Shown here: positions 17,400 to 26,407 of the stretch, piece after piece
Position numbering within the stretch: the stretch's first letter is position 1
How the letters are laid out: each line of letters opens with the position of its first letter
Virus record (IMG/VR): IMGVR_UViG_3300021376_000006
DNA length: 64,000 bases
Direction: 5' to 3' (one strand)
Origin: a virus
Lineage: Duplodnaviria; Caudoviricetes
Notes under the pieces: model-generated
What the model was told of the DNA's origin: nothing
Databases searched by the model: none
Seen by the model: only the letters and a program-made list of their open reading frames with translations
Made by a program: the position numbers and the translations under genes

Positions 17400-17592
17400 A
17401 TCTTAATAACCCTGATTCGTAATAAAGTGCAGTTAAATCTAAATATTCTAACCTATAGGTTACAAAGGAAGGACGCCAAAATCTTGCTGTTTTATCTAGC
17501 CTTACAGTTATTACCCTTTTGTTTATTCGAATAGACCAAACACAAGAAAATCTTGACTTACAATAATAAAAGTTTATATCATTTTTAGTCAT
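17380..17592 (-). CDS. Hypothetical protein
   Basis: Start reassigned to MTKND at 17592, overlapping the queE stop. Confidence 0.45.
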   Translation of the reverse strand: MTKNDINFYYCKSRFSCVWSIRINKRVITVRLDKTARFWRPSFVTYRLEYLDLTALYYESGLLRYERNEN

Positions 17593-18440
17593 CAAGTTCC
17601 CCATTCGTTTTTAAATAACGGTACTTGAAGTCTATCGCTGTATCGTAAACCATGTTTCATTGCTAACAGTGCAACGTTGCGGTTATTTAAAGTATATACA
17701 CTTTCAATACCTCCTACTGGCATAAGATAAATTGATCCTTTAAATCCTGCATTACGATACTGCTCTGTGGCTTTTAAAGCATCTGTGACATCTTCTTCGG
17801 TTGCCACAACAAACTTGAGATAGGTGTAACCAACAGTGGCATAATCGCACACAATGTTGGGTTTGATTGCATCTTCCCATGACTCTCCACTGACAGGTAG
17901 TTTTGCGCTTACACTGAATGTAACTTCTCTATCTCGAGACGCAGCAGTCCATTCGCCTAGATAATGTTTGAACTCTTTGGTTAGCTCTTGAGTACCGTTA
18001 GTTTCAAAAGTAATTTCTTTTAACTTTTGCATACGAGGATGATTCAGCAGATCTTCGTAACTACGCTGCCAACCTAGTAGAGGCTCGCCACCTGTAATAA
18101 CAAGATGTTCGTCCTTCCACTTGCTATGTGGAAGAATTTCCATAATTTGTTCCACAATTGCATCACTGGTTAGCATAGGACTAAGATCTTTGAATCTTGG
18201 ATCCCAGCTTGCATAACTGTCACAGCCTGTACTTACCAAAGGTAAATCATCGTATTTGTTGTAATAATGCACTCTTGCTGCTATATCTTCTACTTCTCTA
18301 CTTAGTTTTCCTCTAGGCATACCGAATCCTGCACATTTAAAGTTGCAACCAAATGTGCGAAGAAAGACACTAGGCACACCCATGTATCTGCCTTCGCCTT
18401 GGATTGAATAAAATAGTTCAGCTACTTTGATTTTACTCAT
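17592..18440 (-). CDS. queE: 7-carboxy-7-deazaguanine synthase (radical SAM)
   Basis: ELFYSIQGEG, VFLRTFGCNFKC...CDS (CxxxC with displaced third Cys), ITGGEPLL, ETNGT, LKFVV, RLQV. Confidence 0.92.
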   Translation of the reverse strand: MSKIKVAELFYSIQGEGRYMGVPSVFLRTFGCNFKCAGFGMPRGKLSREVEDIAARVHYYNKYDDLPLVSTGCDSYASWDPRFKDLSPMLTSDAIVEQIMEILPHSKWKDEHLVITGGEPLLGWQRSYEDLLNHPRMQKLKEITFETNGTQELTKEFKHYLGEWTAASRDREVTFSVSAKLPVSGESWEDAIKPNIVCDYATVGYTYLKFVVATEEDVTDALKATEQYRNAGFKGSIYLMPVGGIESVYTLNNRNVALLAMKHGLRYSDRLQVPLFKNEWGT

Positions 18441-18442
18441 GA

Positions 18443-18967
18443 TTATCCTTGGTAGGTTGCACTGTTAGCACCGTGCTCAAATACTTCTACACTTTTTATA
18501 CGCACAGTTGGATTGATTGGATAACGCAAAGCGTCACCGGCTAACAGTTCACTCATTTTGTCATAGCACATCTTGGCAAACATTTCGCACCCTACACCCG
18601 GAACAATGCGTAGATCACACAATGCACCTCGTTCGTATGGTTTAACTTGTTCTAAACTTCCGGTACCAGACATAGGCATGTTGCCCTGATGACTCATTCG
18701 TACAAAAAAATCTAGGTGAGGATCATCTTCGGCCACAATTAGAGTATGATCAAACATGTAGTCGGCCCATGACTTGAATTCTTTGAGACCTCCAAAGTCC
18801 ATGCACCAGTTTTTATCGTCTAGTGTATCACATTCAAATACCAGCCGAATGCCAATTGAATAACCGTGTAGCGTTGAACAATGGCTGTGTGTGGCACGCC
18901 ATTGTCTAAAGCAACAGCTGAGTCCTCGGTCGTTGCCATAAGTTTTTGTTGAGTAAAATTGTGCCAA
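18443..18967 (-). CDS. queD: 6-carboxy-5,6,7,8-tetrahydropterin synthase
   Basis: HSHCSTLHGY, DFGGLK, FDHT, CEMFA, VEVFEH; TTG start after AGGAG. Confidence 0.9.
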   Translation of the reverse strand: MAQFYSTKTYGNDRGLSCCFRQWRATHSHCSTLHGYSIGIRLVFECDTLDDKNWCMDFGGLKEFKSWADYMFDHTLIVAEDDPHLDFFVRMSHQGNMPMSGTGSLEQVKPYERGALCDLRIVPGVGCEMFAKMCYDKMSELLAGDALRYPINPTVRIKSVEVFEHGANSATYQG

Positions 18968-18976
18968 TTTAATTCT

Positions 18977-19043
18977 CCTATGTTAAATTTTAGCATAGGC
19001 CTGCAGAATTTGTAAAGCGGGATGAAGAGCCAGGAAGGCCGCT
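18977..19043 (-). promoter_or_regulatory. Structured 5' leader of queD with SD-sequestering hairpin and possible nested promoter
   Basis: AGCGG/CCGCU stem; CCUAUG/CAUAGG stem covering the SD; competing GGCCU/AGGCC pairing; TTTACA-N18-TAAAAT. Confidence 0.55.
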
Positions 19044-19053
19044 GTGTAAAGTT

Positions 19054-19233
19054 TTATTTATTAATGTATATGCAGTTAGCTGAAACTCTGTATCTATCTG
19101 ATTTCCAGGCTTGACGAACATAATCTCTTGTCTTTTCGCATTCTTCAAAATTTTGAGTTGGAAAACTTATAGAACCTCGAGATGATGGCACATTTGGATT
19201 AATTGCATGCAACATAATTATTAGAGTCCACAT
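19054..19233 (-). CDS. Small secreted or membrane protein with two Cys
   Basis: Start reassigned to MWTLIIML; TATAAATA at 19239-19246 immediately upstream. Confidence 0.65.
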   Translation of the reverse strand: MWTLIIMLHAINPNVPSSRGSISFPTQNFEECEKTRDYVRQAWKSDRYRVSANCIYINK

Positions 19234-19273
19234 AAAAATATTTATACTACAGTTTCCCAGGCATGTCTTTCCA

Positions 19274-19558
19274 TTACAGTTTGAATATTGTTGGCAGTAA
19301 CATACTGGCAGTACTAGCATCATCCCCGTGAAAGTGAAGTCTAGTACCGCCTGTGCCATTTTGGTGATGATGACAACGTTTTGCCTTGCCGTAACTAACA
19401 TATTTCACAATTTGTTCTCGACCACGACTGTCCCAAAATTTAGATTCAATTACAGTGCCGTCAATCATCTTGTACCACTCTATCATATCATCAGTGAGTT
19501 CGTCTACATCAATCCAGACCGCATACGTTACTGTGCAACCTGGTGGTAAAGCTATCAT
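19274..19558 (-). CDS. Hypothetical protein
   Basis: Start MIALPPG overlapping the PRTase stop; 3' end possibly frameshifted. Confidence 0.65.
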   Translation of the reverse strand: MIALPPGCTVTYAVWIDVDELTDDMIEWYKMIDGTVIESKFWDSRGREQIVKYVSYGKAKRCHHHQNGTGGTRLHFHGDDASTASMLLPTIFKL

Positions 19559-20103
19559 TGAGCCCACCACGTTTCCCAAGGAAAAACAACCCAACAAGGA
19601 TCATCGAGTTTGTTTATGTTGCGACCGCTATAGCTAATACCTTCGTAGCTGCTGGCTTCATTGTTTACAACAACTGCGAATCTTACATTACGGTTCCAGA
19701 TTGCCGACCATGCAGGATGATTGGGCAAGCAACTGCTCTGCCAATCTTGTCTAATCCATTCTAGTGTAGCACCTGAGTCATTGATGTCATCCACTATCAA
19801 TATTTTTTTTCGATAAGCAGGATCAGTGTCTGCATCACCTGAACCACGTTCGTCTTTGGGCACATAACCAAATGCCTGTTCGGCCATCCATAAATTACTT
19901 TCAGATTCCCCACCGTCACGCAAGCTCACTTTAAGTGTTTCACAAGGAACACCAAAGTAATGACTGATCATTACAGCAGGTTGCAATCCGCCCCGAGTTA
20001 TACCAACTACATAATCTGGACGCCAATTACTATTTGCAATATCTCTGCACAGTTTGTTGACCAAACCTTTGAATTCAGAATCTGAAATAATTAGTTGTTT
20101 CAT
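19555..20103 (-). CDS. Type I purine phosphoribosyltransferase (Gpt/Hpt-like)
   Basis: VVGITRGG, PRPP loop LIVDDINDSGATL, WVVFPWE. Confidence 0.9.
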   Translation of the reverse strand: MKQLIISDSEFKGLVNKLCRDIANSNWRPDYVVGITRGGLQPAVMISHYFGVPCETLKVSLRDGGESESNLWMAEQAFGYVPKDERGSGDADTDPAYRKKILIVDDINDSGATLEWIRQDWQSSCLPNHPAWSAIWNRNVRFAVVVNNEASSYEGISYSGRNINKLDDPCWVVFPWETWWAQ

Positions 20104-20291
20104 CAGTCTCTTTCCATAAGTGAAGCTTCTTTGATAAGTGCTACCAATTCATCCAAGGTGTTACACAAAATTTTTGCATTGGCCCAATCGCCATCTTCGG
20201 TGCGACCACCAGCTTCAAACATGAAACCGTTGTCATACATGCTGTCAGTAAAGCTGTCGTTGATTTTGTTTAATTTGTCTTCGATTTTCAT
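20103..20291 (-). CDS. Hypothetical protein
   Basis: 62 aa ORF with coupled overlaps. Confidence 0.65.
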   Translation of the reverse strand: MKIEDKLNKINDSFTDSMYDNGFMFEAGGRTEDGDWANAKILCNTLDELVALIKEASLMERD

Positions 20292-20515
20292 TTTAATCCT
20301 TTCTTGAGTTTATCTTCTTTCATGCCTTGTGCTATCATTTTTTTAAAAATTAATACCACTCTATTTTTCTCCTTTTCAGAGAGAAACTTTACCAACATCA
20401 ACTTGTCTTCGTAACTTTTTGCGTTGTCAAGAAATTCTTCAGGTACTGTAATTTTTGGTTTTTTTGGTTTGAATTTCTTGAGTTCAGCTTTGACATCTTT
20501 TTCTTCATCAGACAT
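20288..20515 (-). CDS. Hypothetical protein
   Basis: 75 aa ORF with AGGAG RBS. Confidence 0.65.
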   Translation of the reverse strand: MSDEEKDVKAELKKFKPKKPKITVPEEFLDNAKSYEDKLMLVKFLSEKEKNRVVLIFKKMIAQGMKEDKLKKGLK

Positions 20516-20542
20516 GACGGGCTCCTTTTAGCGTATTTAACG

Positions 20543-21238
20543 CTATCTGGGAGCAAATTCTTGTTGTAGTTTAACGTTGTCAAAAAATTCTTTTTTGGTT
20601 GCAGCATCGTCTTTGAATGCGCCTCTCAACACTGTTGTTTGGGTAAGACTGCTATGTGCCATAATGCCTCTATTCTCGCAGCAACCGTGCGTGGCTTGTA
20701 TATAAACTGCCACATCCTTACTTCCAGTTGCAAACTCAATTTCTCTGGCGATATCCATACATAGTTCTTCTTGAAGTGTGCCGCGCCGCGCACACCATTG
20801 TGCAATTCGCGTGTACTTCGAGAGACCAATGAGTTTGGGTCCAGCAATAATACCAATATAAGCAACACCCGACACAGGTTGATGATGATGGCTACAAACA
20901 CTTTTAAGTTCGCTTCGAACTACAAGCATTCCGTCGTATGCCCCATCAGTGTCATTTGGAAATGCAGTTGCGTTGGGTGTAGGATCATATCTACCTGCCA
21001 TCAATTCATAGTAATACATTTTGGCAAGACGTCTTGCTGTGCCTTTACTGTTGGGATCAGTTGCTCGGTCAATCAACAATGTATCTAGCACTTGTTCAAA
21101 AGCCTCTGTGGCTTCGTCAATCAACTGATCTCGATCTTCGTCATTCACATAACTGCTTATGTTGTCACCGGCCCAATATCTCTTGCCGTCTGCCTGCATC
21201 TGTTCTCTAATACGATCACTTACTCTTGTATATTTCAT
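20543..21238 (-). CDS. folE: GTP cyclohydrolase I
   Basis: TARRLAKMY, CSHHHQP, GLSKYTR, LQEEL, HGCCENRG. Confidence 0.95.
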   Translation of the reverse strand: MKYTRVSDRIREQMQADGKRYWAGDNISSYVNDEDRDQLIDEATEAFEQVLDTLLIDRATDPNSKGTARRLAKMYYYELMAGRYDPTPNATAFPNDTDGAYDGMLVVRSELKSVCSHHHQPVSGVAYIGIIAGPKLIGLSKYTRIAQWCARRGTLQEELCMDIAREIEFATGSKDVAVYIQATHGCCENRGIMAHSSLTQTTVLRGAFKDDAATKKEFFDNVKLQQEFAPR

Positions 21239-21850
21239 TTAATCTCCAATAATTGCGATATCTCTTAGATCTGGATATTCGTGATATTTAGGTTGTTCAT
21301 TCAGTGTTAGAAGTTTTTCTAAACCGATCCTTGCATCTTCGATAGTGGGGCGATAATGATAACCAACCTTGAAAACACGCTGTTCCTGCCACGGCAAGAA
21401 ATTGAGATTTCTTCCGTCATAGCGTTGTTGTAATAGTATATCATATGCCTCGTAATCGTCTAACAGTATAGCACCACCGTGGCCTATCTGTAAAGGTTTA
21501 TTATGACCAAAACTCAAACACTGCATCATACCAGGCCGATACATGCCGTCTTCCAATCTTCTAGCACTATCCCAAATGTCTGTTCCGTAAAATCTATACT
21601 CACCTGTCCATTTTTCTGGAACTAATTTGTATTCTATTCCTAACTTGTGCATGATCATTGGGATTGATAGATAGGTGTATGCGGTAAACTTGACTCGTTG
21701 AACCTTATTGTAGCGCAAACATAACTCAATCGCATGTGTACAGCAATCAGTCATTATGGCATAAGGTGCACCAGTTTTCTTTGCTAATAATTTTTCAAAT
21801 TGCGCTATTTCTTCAAAGGCCACGTGTGTACCATTTATAAGCTGAATCAA
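21239..21850 (-). CDS. Short DegT-family PLP protein
   Basis: DCCTHAIEL, DSARR, SFGHNKPLQIGHGGAIL; only 203 aa. Confidence 0.75.
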   Translation of the reverse strand: MIQLINGTHVAFEEIAQFEKLLAKKTGAPYAIMTDCCTHAIELCLRYNKVQRVKFTAYTYLSIPMIMHKLGIEYKLVPEKWTGEYRFYGTDIWDSARRLEDGMYRPGMMQCLSFGHNKPLQIGHGGAILLDDYEAYDILLQQRYDGRNLNFLPWQEQRVFKVGYHYRPTIEDARIGLEKLLTLNEQPKYHEYPDLRDIAIIGD

Positions 21851-22778
21851 CGATTTGGTTGATAGTTGAATAGTTAGGACGCCAGTTCAGTACTGATTGT
21901 GCTAGGCCAGCATCTGCAACTAGTTGATCCGGATCTCCGGGCCTACGTTCGCCTACGTGTAATTTTAACGGTCCATATTTTAATGTAATATAATCTACAA
22001 TTTCTTGATTGCTTATTCCGCTATTGGTTCCCAAATTAAACACTGCAAATTGCTGATCAGTGTTCCAATGTATAGCTCTATGATGTGCATCAGCTAAATC
22101 CCATACATGAATGTAATCTCTAATACAGGTTCGATCTGGTGTTGCAAAGTCTACACCGTTTAGAGTGAAAAATTCATCACGAATTTTAGATTCTAATAAT
22201 CTAGCAATGATGTGTCCTGCGCCCGGTGCTTGACCTAGGTCGTGATTGTAAGGTTCGGCACCGGCGGCGTTAAAGTATCTAAAACAAACACCAGGTAATC
22301 CGTATGCTTGGTTATAATTTTGAAGCACTACTTCAATAATATCTTTAGTGTGGCCGTATGGACTAATAGGTTTTATCCTGTCAGTTTCAACCAGTGGAAC
22401 ATGATCAGGGTTGCCGTACACACTAGCACTAGAACTAAAAAGAATAATCGGTTTCTTTTTATAATCCTTAACATGATTTAAAAATGTAATTGTCTTTGCT
22501 ACATTGTTATCATAATATTTTGCCGGATCTTCAACACTTTCTCTAACAGAGATATCCCCGGCACAATGTACAATGACATCGGGTTGTAATTCGTCTAACC
22601 ATAATAAACTTTGTTTAGATACATAGTCAGTATGTAAAAATCCATCAACATTTTTTAATGTGTGATCTCTACGCTCACTATCAATAACATACACACTTGA
22701 ATTTTTGTTGTGTTGTTTTAAATAGCGAGAAATGTGACTACCAATGTAGCCACATCCGCCTGTAATGACAATTTTCAT
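21813..22778 (-). CDS. galE: UDP-glucose 4-epimerase-like SDR
   Basis: ITGGCGYIGSH, FSSSASVYG, SPYGHTK, RYFNAAGA, RDYIHVWDLA. Confidence 0.88.
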   Translation of the reverse strand: MKIVITGGCGYIGSHISRYLKQHNKNSSVYVIDSERRDHTLKNVDGFLHTDYVSKQSLLWLDELQPDVIVHCAGDISVRESVEDPAKYYDNNVAKTITFLNHVKDYKKKPIILFSSSASVYGNPDHVPLVETDRIKPISPYGHTKDIIEVVLQNYNQAYGLPGVCFRYFNAAGAEPYNHDLGQAPGAGHIIARLLESKIRDEFFTLNGVDFATPDRTCIRDYIHVWDLADAHHRAIHWNTDQQFAVFNLGTNSGISNQEIVDYITLKYGPLKLHVGERRPGDPDQLVADAGLAQSVLNWRPNYSTINQIVDSAYKWYTRGL

Positions 22779-23971
22779 TAGTACTTGCTTTCGTGTGTGT
22801 GTTTACGATAGTCTGTACTCATTCGCAACCAGGATTCTCCGTTGCCTTGGAGAATATCGCAGATCCTATCAATAGTCGAGTCGTTCCACGCACTAAACTT
22901 GCCCATGTTGTTGTGCGGATGTTGTAAGAGGGGTACAAGTTTTTGTATTGCATCTCTAATCGACCACGGGACATAAAGTCTCTCGCTATCATTTGCAAAA
23001 GCTTCGGGGAAACTTCTGTAGGCGGGGTATAAAATATTAGCCCCAAGAGCGTCAGCTTCACTTGCTGTGTTCGAAACCCAATCCTGTAGAGCACAATTAA
23101 ACAATACTCGCGTATCCGTGAGTAATTCATAGTAATCATTCTTTTCAAGATCTTCATACACAGTCAGTTTGCCTTCGGCCTGCAGTCTACGTGTACGTTC
23201 CATGTAACTGCTATTGTTACTACGCAACTTGCTGCCGCTGAATACACAGAATTCTACCCGGGGCCAATCGTTATATGGCAATGTCTGCAGTCTATGATAT
23301 TCTTCGATTAGATCCATGTAGAAGTCTGGCTGCTTCTCTTGATCCCACCTAGCAGCAAAACCTACACGGTAAGCTCTATCTTCGAATCTTTTTAGATCTC
23401 CGGGTACACGACTGCGTACTTCGTCTTTACCAAACGCCAGTCCACTGATATTATACAGCCTACCCTGCCAGCCTGCAACCTTCATGTGCATGACCATTTC
23501 TTCATTAGTGGCAAGAATTATATCGGCAAACGAGTCGACCATCTTTTCATAGTGTCCCATCCATTCTTGCATACCCCATACATGAACAAAATCATCGGGG
23601 TCAATAGTTTGTGCAAGACAGCGAACGGCAATGCGAGGACGGCTACCAGCGTCCACTTGATCCAAAATGTAAGGTAGGCTTTCGATGCCGGGTTGAAACA
23701 TGTCCTCAAAGTATACAACATCTTCATTAGTAACTGCTCCTGCTTTCATTAGACGAATAAGATTCATAAGTTGGCTCATGCCAAAATATGTACGACCATG
23801 TGCATCAAGGACTTGACCAGTAACAATAGCTTGGTCATTGCTTAGTGTGTCGCCGGGCACAATTTCATAGTCGATGCCGCGGCGTTCAAACACTGCACGA
23901 TTCCATTCTTGTAATTGTAATGTATAACGTGCCTTATAAGGCTCTAGGCCCATGTACCATAATTTACGCAT
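22778..23971 (-). CDS. GT-B fold glycosyltransferase-like protein
   Basis: FAARWDQEKQP and FNCALQDWVSNTASEADALG...YP...SFPE resemble the GT4 nucleotide-sugar-binding domain. Confidence 0.65.
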   Translation of the reverse strand: MRKLWYMGLEPYKARYTLQLQEWNRAVFERRGIDYEIVPGDTLSNDQAIVTGQVLDAHGRTYFGMSQLMNLIRLMKAGAVTNEDVVYFEDMFQPGIESLPYILDQVDAGSRPRIAVRCLAQTIDPDDFVHVWGMQEWMGHYEKMVDSFADIILATNEEMVMHMKVAGWQGRLYNISGLAFGKDEVRSRVPGDLKRFEDRAYRVGFAARWDQEKQPDFYMDLIEEYHRLQTLPYNDWPRVEFCVFSGSKLRSNNSSYMERTRRLQAEGKLTVYEDLEKNDYYELLTDTRVLFNCALQDWVSNTASEADALGANILYPAYRSFPEAFANDSERLYVPWSIRDAIQKLVPLLQHPHNNMGKFSAWNDSTIDRICDILQGNGESWLRMSTDYRKHTHESKY

Positions 23972-24393
23972 TATTTTTCTCCTGTATCTGTAGCGACCTT
24001 GATATTTAGACCGCGTAGTGCGCTGTCAGGAATTTGTACTCTCGTTGACTTTTGAGCTATCACACTGTTCCAATATTCTTGTGCTCGATAGCCACCTTGT
24101 GTGAAATTCTTTTCAGGGTAAGAAAGTTGATTTTTCAATGATTGTACTTGATCATCAAGTCTTTTGATCCATCTCCAATGATCTTTTATGTCTTCTTGCA
24201 TTCTACGCAATGGCCCTTGAGCTCGAACATCTGCTTCATTATCTCCGCTATCAGTCAATATCACCATCATCATGAGTTGACGTAGTGCATTCTTTACTCT
24301 AGGATCATCGCTGGTCATTGCTCGATCAAACATTTCCGTCAAACGTTCTAGATCGAAGTTGGCTGCGTCTTTTTCTCTCATTGCTCCACTCAT
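23971..24393 (-). CDS. Hypothetical protein
   Basis: 140 aa ORF. Confidence 0.7.
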   Translation of the reverse strand: MSGAMREKDAANFDLERLTEMFDRAMTSDDPRVKNALRQLMMMVILTDSGDNEADVRAQGPLRRMQEDIKDHWRWIKRLDDQVQSLKNQLSYPEKNFTQGGYRAQEYWNSVIAQKSTRVQIPDSALRGLNIKVATDTGEK

Positions 24394-24611
24394 TGTACAC
24401 GATCCTTTTTAGCGTACCAATTCATCTTGGGCCATTTTCCACGTTGGGCACGATCAAACTCACCCCAGGGAGTTTTTTCATTGTATAGGTGTCTTTCATC
24501 ATACGGATATCCGTATGTGACACAAAATTCACGATATTTTTCAAGGTCGTCAAAAATTTGACTGACTTCAGGTTTCATAGTCAGGTATTTCTTGAGCCAT
24601 TTAGCGGCCAT
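24390..24611 (-). CDS. Hypothetical protein
   Basis: 73 aa ORF with AAGGAG RBS. Confidence 0.75.
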   Translation of the reverse strand: MAAKWLKKYLTMKPEVSQIFDDLEKYREFCVTYGYPYDERHLYNEKTPWGEFDRAQRGKWPKMNWYAKKDRVQ

Positions 24612-24621
24612 GTTTATCTCC

Positions 24622-25071
24622 TTAGATTTTTATTGAAAGAGAAGGTTGATGAGTTGCATAAGTTATGGAGCAGCCGTTTTCGTTGTCTTCGCTTACACTG
24701 ATTGTAACATTGCGTTCGGGATACCTGTTAGCGATTTGAACATATAAATCATCTGCAATCATTTCACAACTTTTGTGATCTAATTGCAATACAGCTTGGT
24801 CGCCCGAATACAATTGTTCGATCCAGCGTTTGAACTGGATGAATTCGATGTCTCTGTCATTGTGAAATACATCAATACTAATCCTAAAATGAAATATATG
24901 GCGATGAGGATGGCCAAGGAACGAAACGTCATATTTGTCTCCGGTTGCGAGTAGTGGATCGGTCAGTGCTGCTGGATATTGATGGATACCTTCTCGAGAA
25001 AAAGTAACCCAAATCTGTCTTTGAGCGTGGTGTAAAATTCTATCAACTGTTTCTCTTTGTGATTGGATCAT
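24622..25071 (-). CDS. QueD/PTPS-like T-fold protein (second, divergent copy)
   Basis: HPHRHIFHF His cluster, DIEF, SCEMIA, VSEDNENG parallel the QueD motif layout. Confidence 0.6.
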   Translation of the reverse strand: MIQSQRETVDRILHHAQRQIWVTFSREGIHQYPAALTDPLLATGDKYDVSFLGHPHRHIFHFRISIDVFHNDRDIEFIQFKRWIEQLYSGDQAVLQLDHKSCEMIADDLYVQIANRYPERNVTISVSEDNENGCSITYATHQPSLSIKI

Positions 25072-25664
25072 AATAAATTCAAGTTGTCAAAAGTTATTGT
25101 TTTAGTATAAATTCCAAATTGCAAATAGTCAATCAATTTGATTATCAAATCTGCGATTTGTGCGGTACTTTGTAATAGTTTATCTTTAGGTAATATACCG
25201 TTCAATGAATGTATAAAATTGGTGTCTAATAGAGCCGGATTAATTTCAATTATTTTTAATTGAGAATCAATTTGACGATGTATATCTATCATGTTTTTTT
25301 GTTTTCTTTTTTCTTCTATGTACTTTTTTTCTTTGGGATTGAAGTTTACGTAAAATGATTCAGGTTTGTCTACCAAGAAACTTCCTATGTGAATTATCAA
25401 TTTGTTTGGATCATATCGCCATACTTTTAAAATATATTTAAGAAGCATGGTTTGCCCAAACGCATCGTATGCGTTGTTAATAAAAACATCTGCCGATCGA
25501 CTTAATTGTAATATTTTTGCTATGGTACTAAGTTTACTAATGTCGTACCCATCAATGATATCATATCCTACAACTTGATTTTGACCAAAATTCTTATAAT
25601 ATTGTAGTCTGAGACAAAGAGCTTGCCCTAAGCCAGATTTATGGCCAGTTATAACCAATTTCAT
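25068..25664 (-). CDS. Short-chain dehydrogenase/reductase
   Basis: ITGHKSGLG, DVFINNA, YIEEK (YxxxK). Confidence 0.75.
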   Translation of the reverse strand: MKLVITGHKSGLGQALCLRLQYYKNFGQNQVVGYDIIDGYDISKLSTIAKILQLSRSADVFINNAYDAFGQTMLLKYILKVWRYDPNKLIIHIGSFLVDKPESFYVNFNPKEKKYIEEKRKQKNMIDIHRQIDSQLKIIEINPALLDTNFIHSLNGILPKDKLLQSTAQIADLIIKLIDYLQFGIYTKTITFDNLNLL

Positions 25665-26194
25665 TTAATTACTTCGTCTTTGGTATACTGTGACCAATCA
25701 GTAAATACACCGTCTCTACGCATCAGGCTGTGTACACTATGGCACCACACCCCAGGATTAGAATGTGCAAAATTAGTATCATCGATTTTTATTGTTGCAT
25801 TATATCCAAGCTGTTGTATATAGGGCAATTTAACCGATATCATTGGAATAAACTTTTGATATTCAACAAGAGTAGATTCTAGCAATCCTTCTACTTCTCT
25901 CACATCTATATCCAAAGTACACCAATAACCACGTCCTATAAAAGGCATGATCATATTTTCCCATCGTGTCCAATCTTGACTTGTAGCGCGACCTGTTGGA
26001 AAACTTTGGTTAGCACCAAAATATATGTGTTCAATTTTTTTGTTTACTTGGGTGAAAGGATCATTTAGTATCTGTTCAATGTCTTCAGTAGATTTCACTC
26101 CTGCTACAAAAAGAGTTTTCAAGCCATATGCTGGACTATGTTCTACTTCAGTGCCTAAAAACATAGTAACATCATTGTGTCCAGGTCTGTCCAT
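25661..26194 (-). CDS. Hypothetical protein within the deazaguanine cluster
   Basis: 177 aa ORF (GTEVEHSPAYG...HIYFGANQSF...NPGVWCH). Confidence 0.8.
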   Translation of the reverse strand: MDRPGHNDVTMFLGTEVEHSPAYGLKTLFVAGVKSTEDIEQILNDPFTQVNKKIEHIYFGANQSFPTGRATSQDWTRWENMIMPFIGRGYWCTLDIDVREVEGLLESTLVEYQKFIPMISVKLPYIQQLGYNATIKIDDTNFAHSNPGVWCHSVHSLMRRDGVFTDWSQYTKDEVIK

Positions 26195-26406
26195 TATTCA
26201 TCACCATATCCTGTTCGTTGAGTATCTTCTTCCCACTGCAACTTGCTTAGTTTGCTGATTTCGTCTTTAATCAACAACTTTTTCTTTTTCAATTCAGCTA
26301 AATGCTCCACATCAACACCAGGATGATTTGTTTGCATTTCTGTTATTTGTTTGTCGAGTAATTTATGCATTTCTTCTAAATGATTGATTCTACTTTTATA
26401 GCTCAT
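26194..26406 (-). CDS. Small coiled-coil protein, YdcH/DUF465-like
   Basis: HKLLDKQI...LKKKKLLIKDEI; start reassigned to 26406 after GGAGG. Confidence 0.7.
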   Translation of the reverse strand: MSYKSRINHLEEMHKLLDKQITEMQTNHPGVDVEHLAELKKKKLLIKDEISKLSKLQWEEDTQRTGYGDE

Positions 26407-26407
26407 A

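Noticed and set aside
18977-19043. Known preQ1-I riboswitch upstream of queD
   Set aside because: No short P1 stem with the typical loop and A-rich 3' tail; kept only as an unassigned structured leader.
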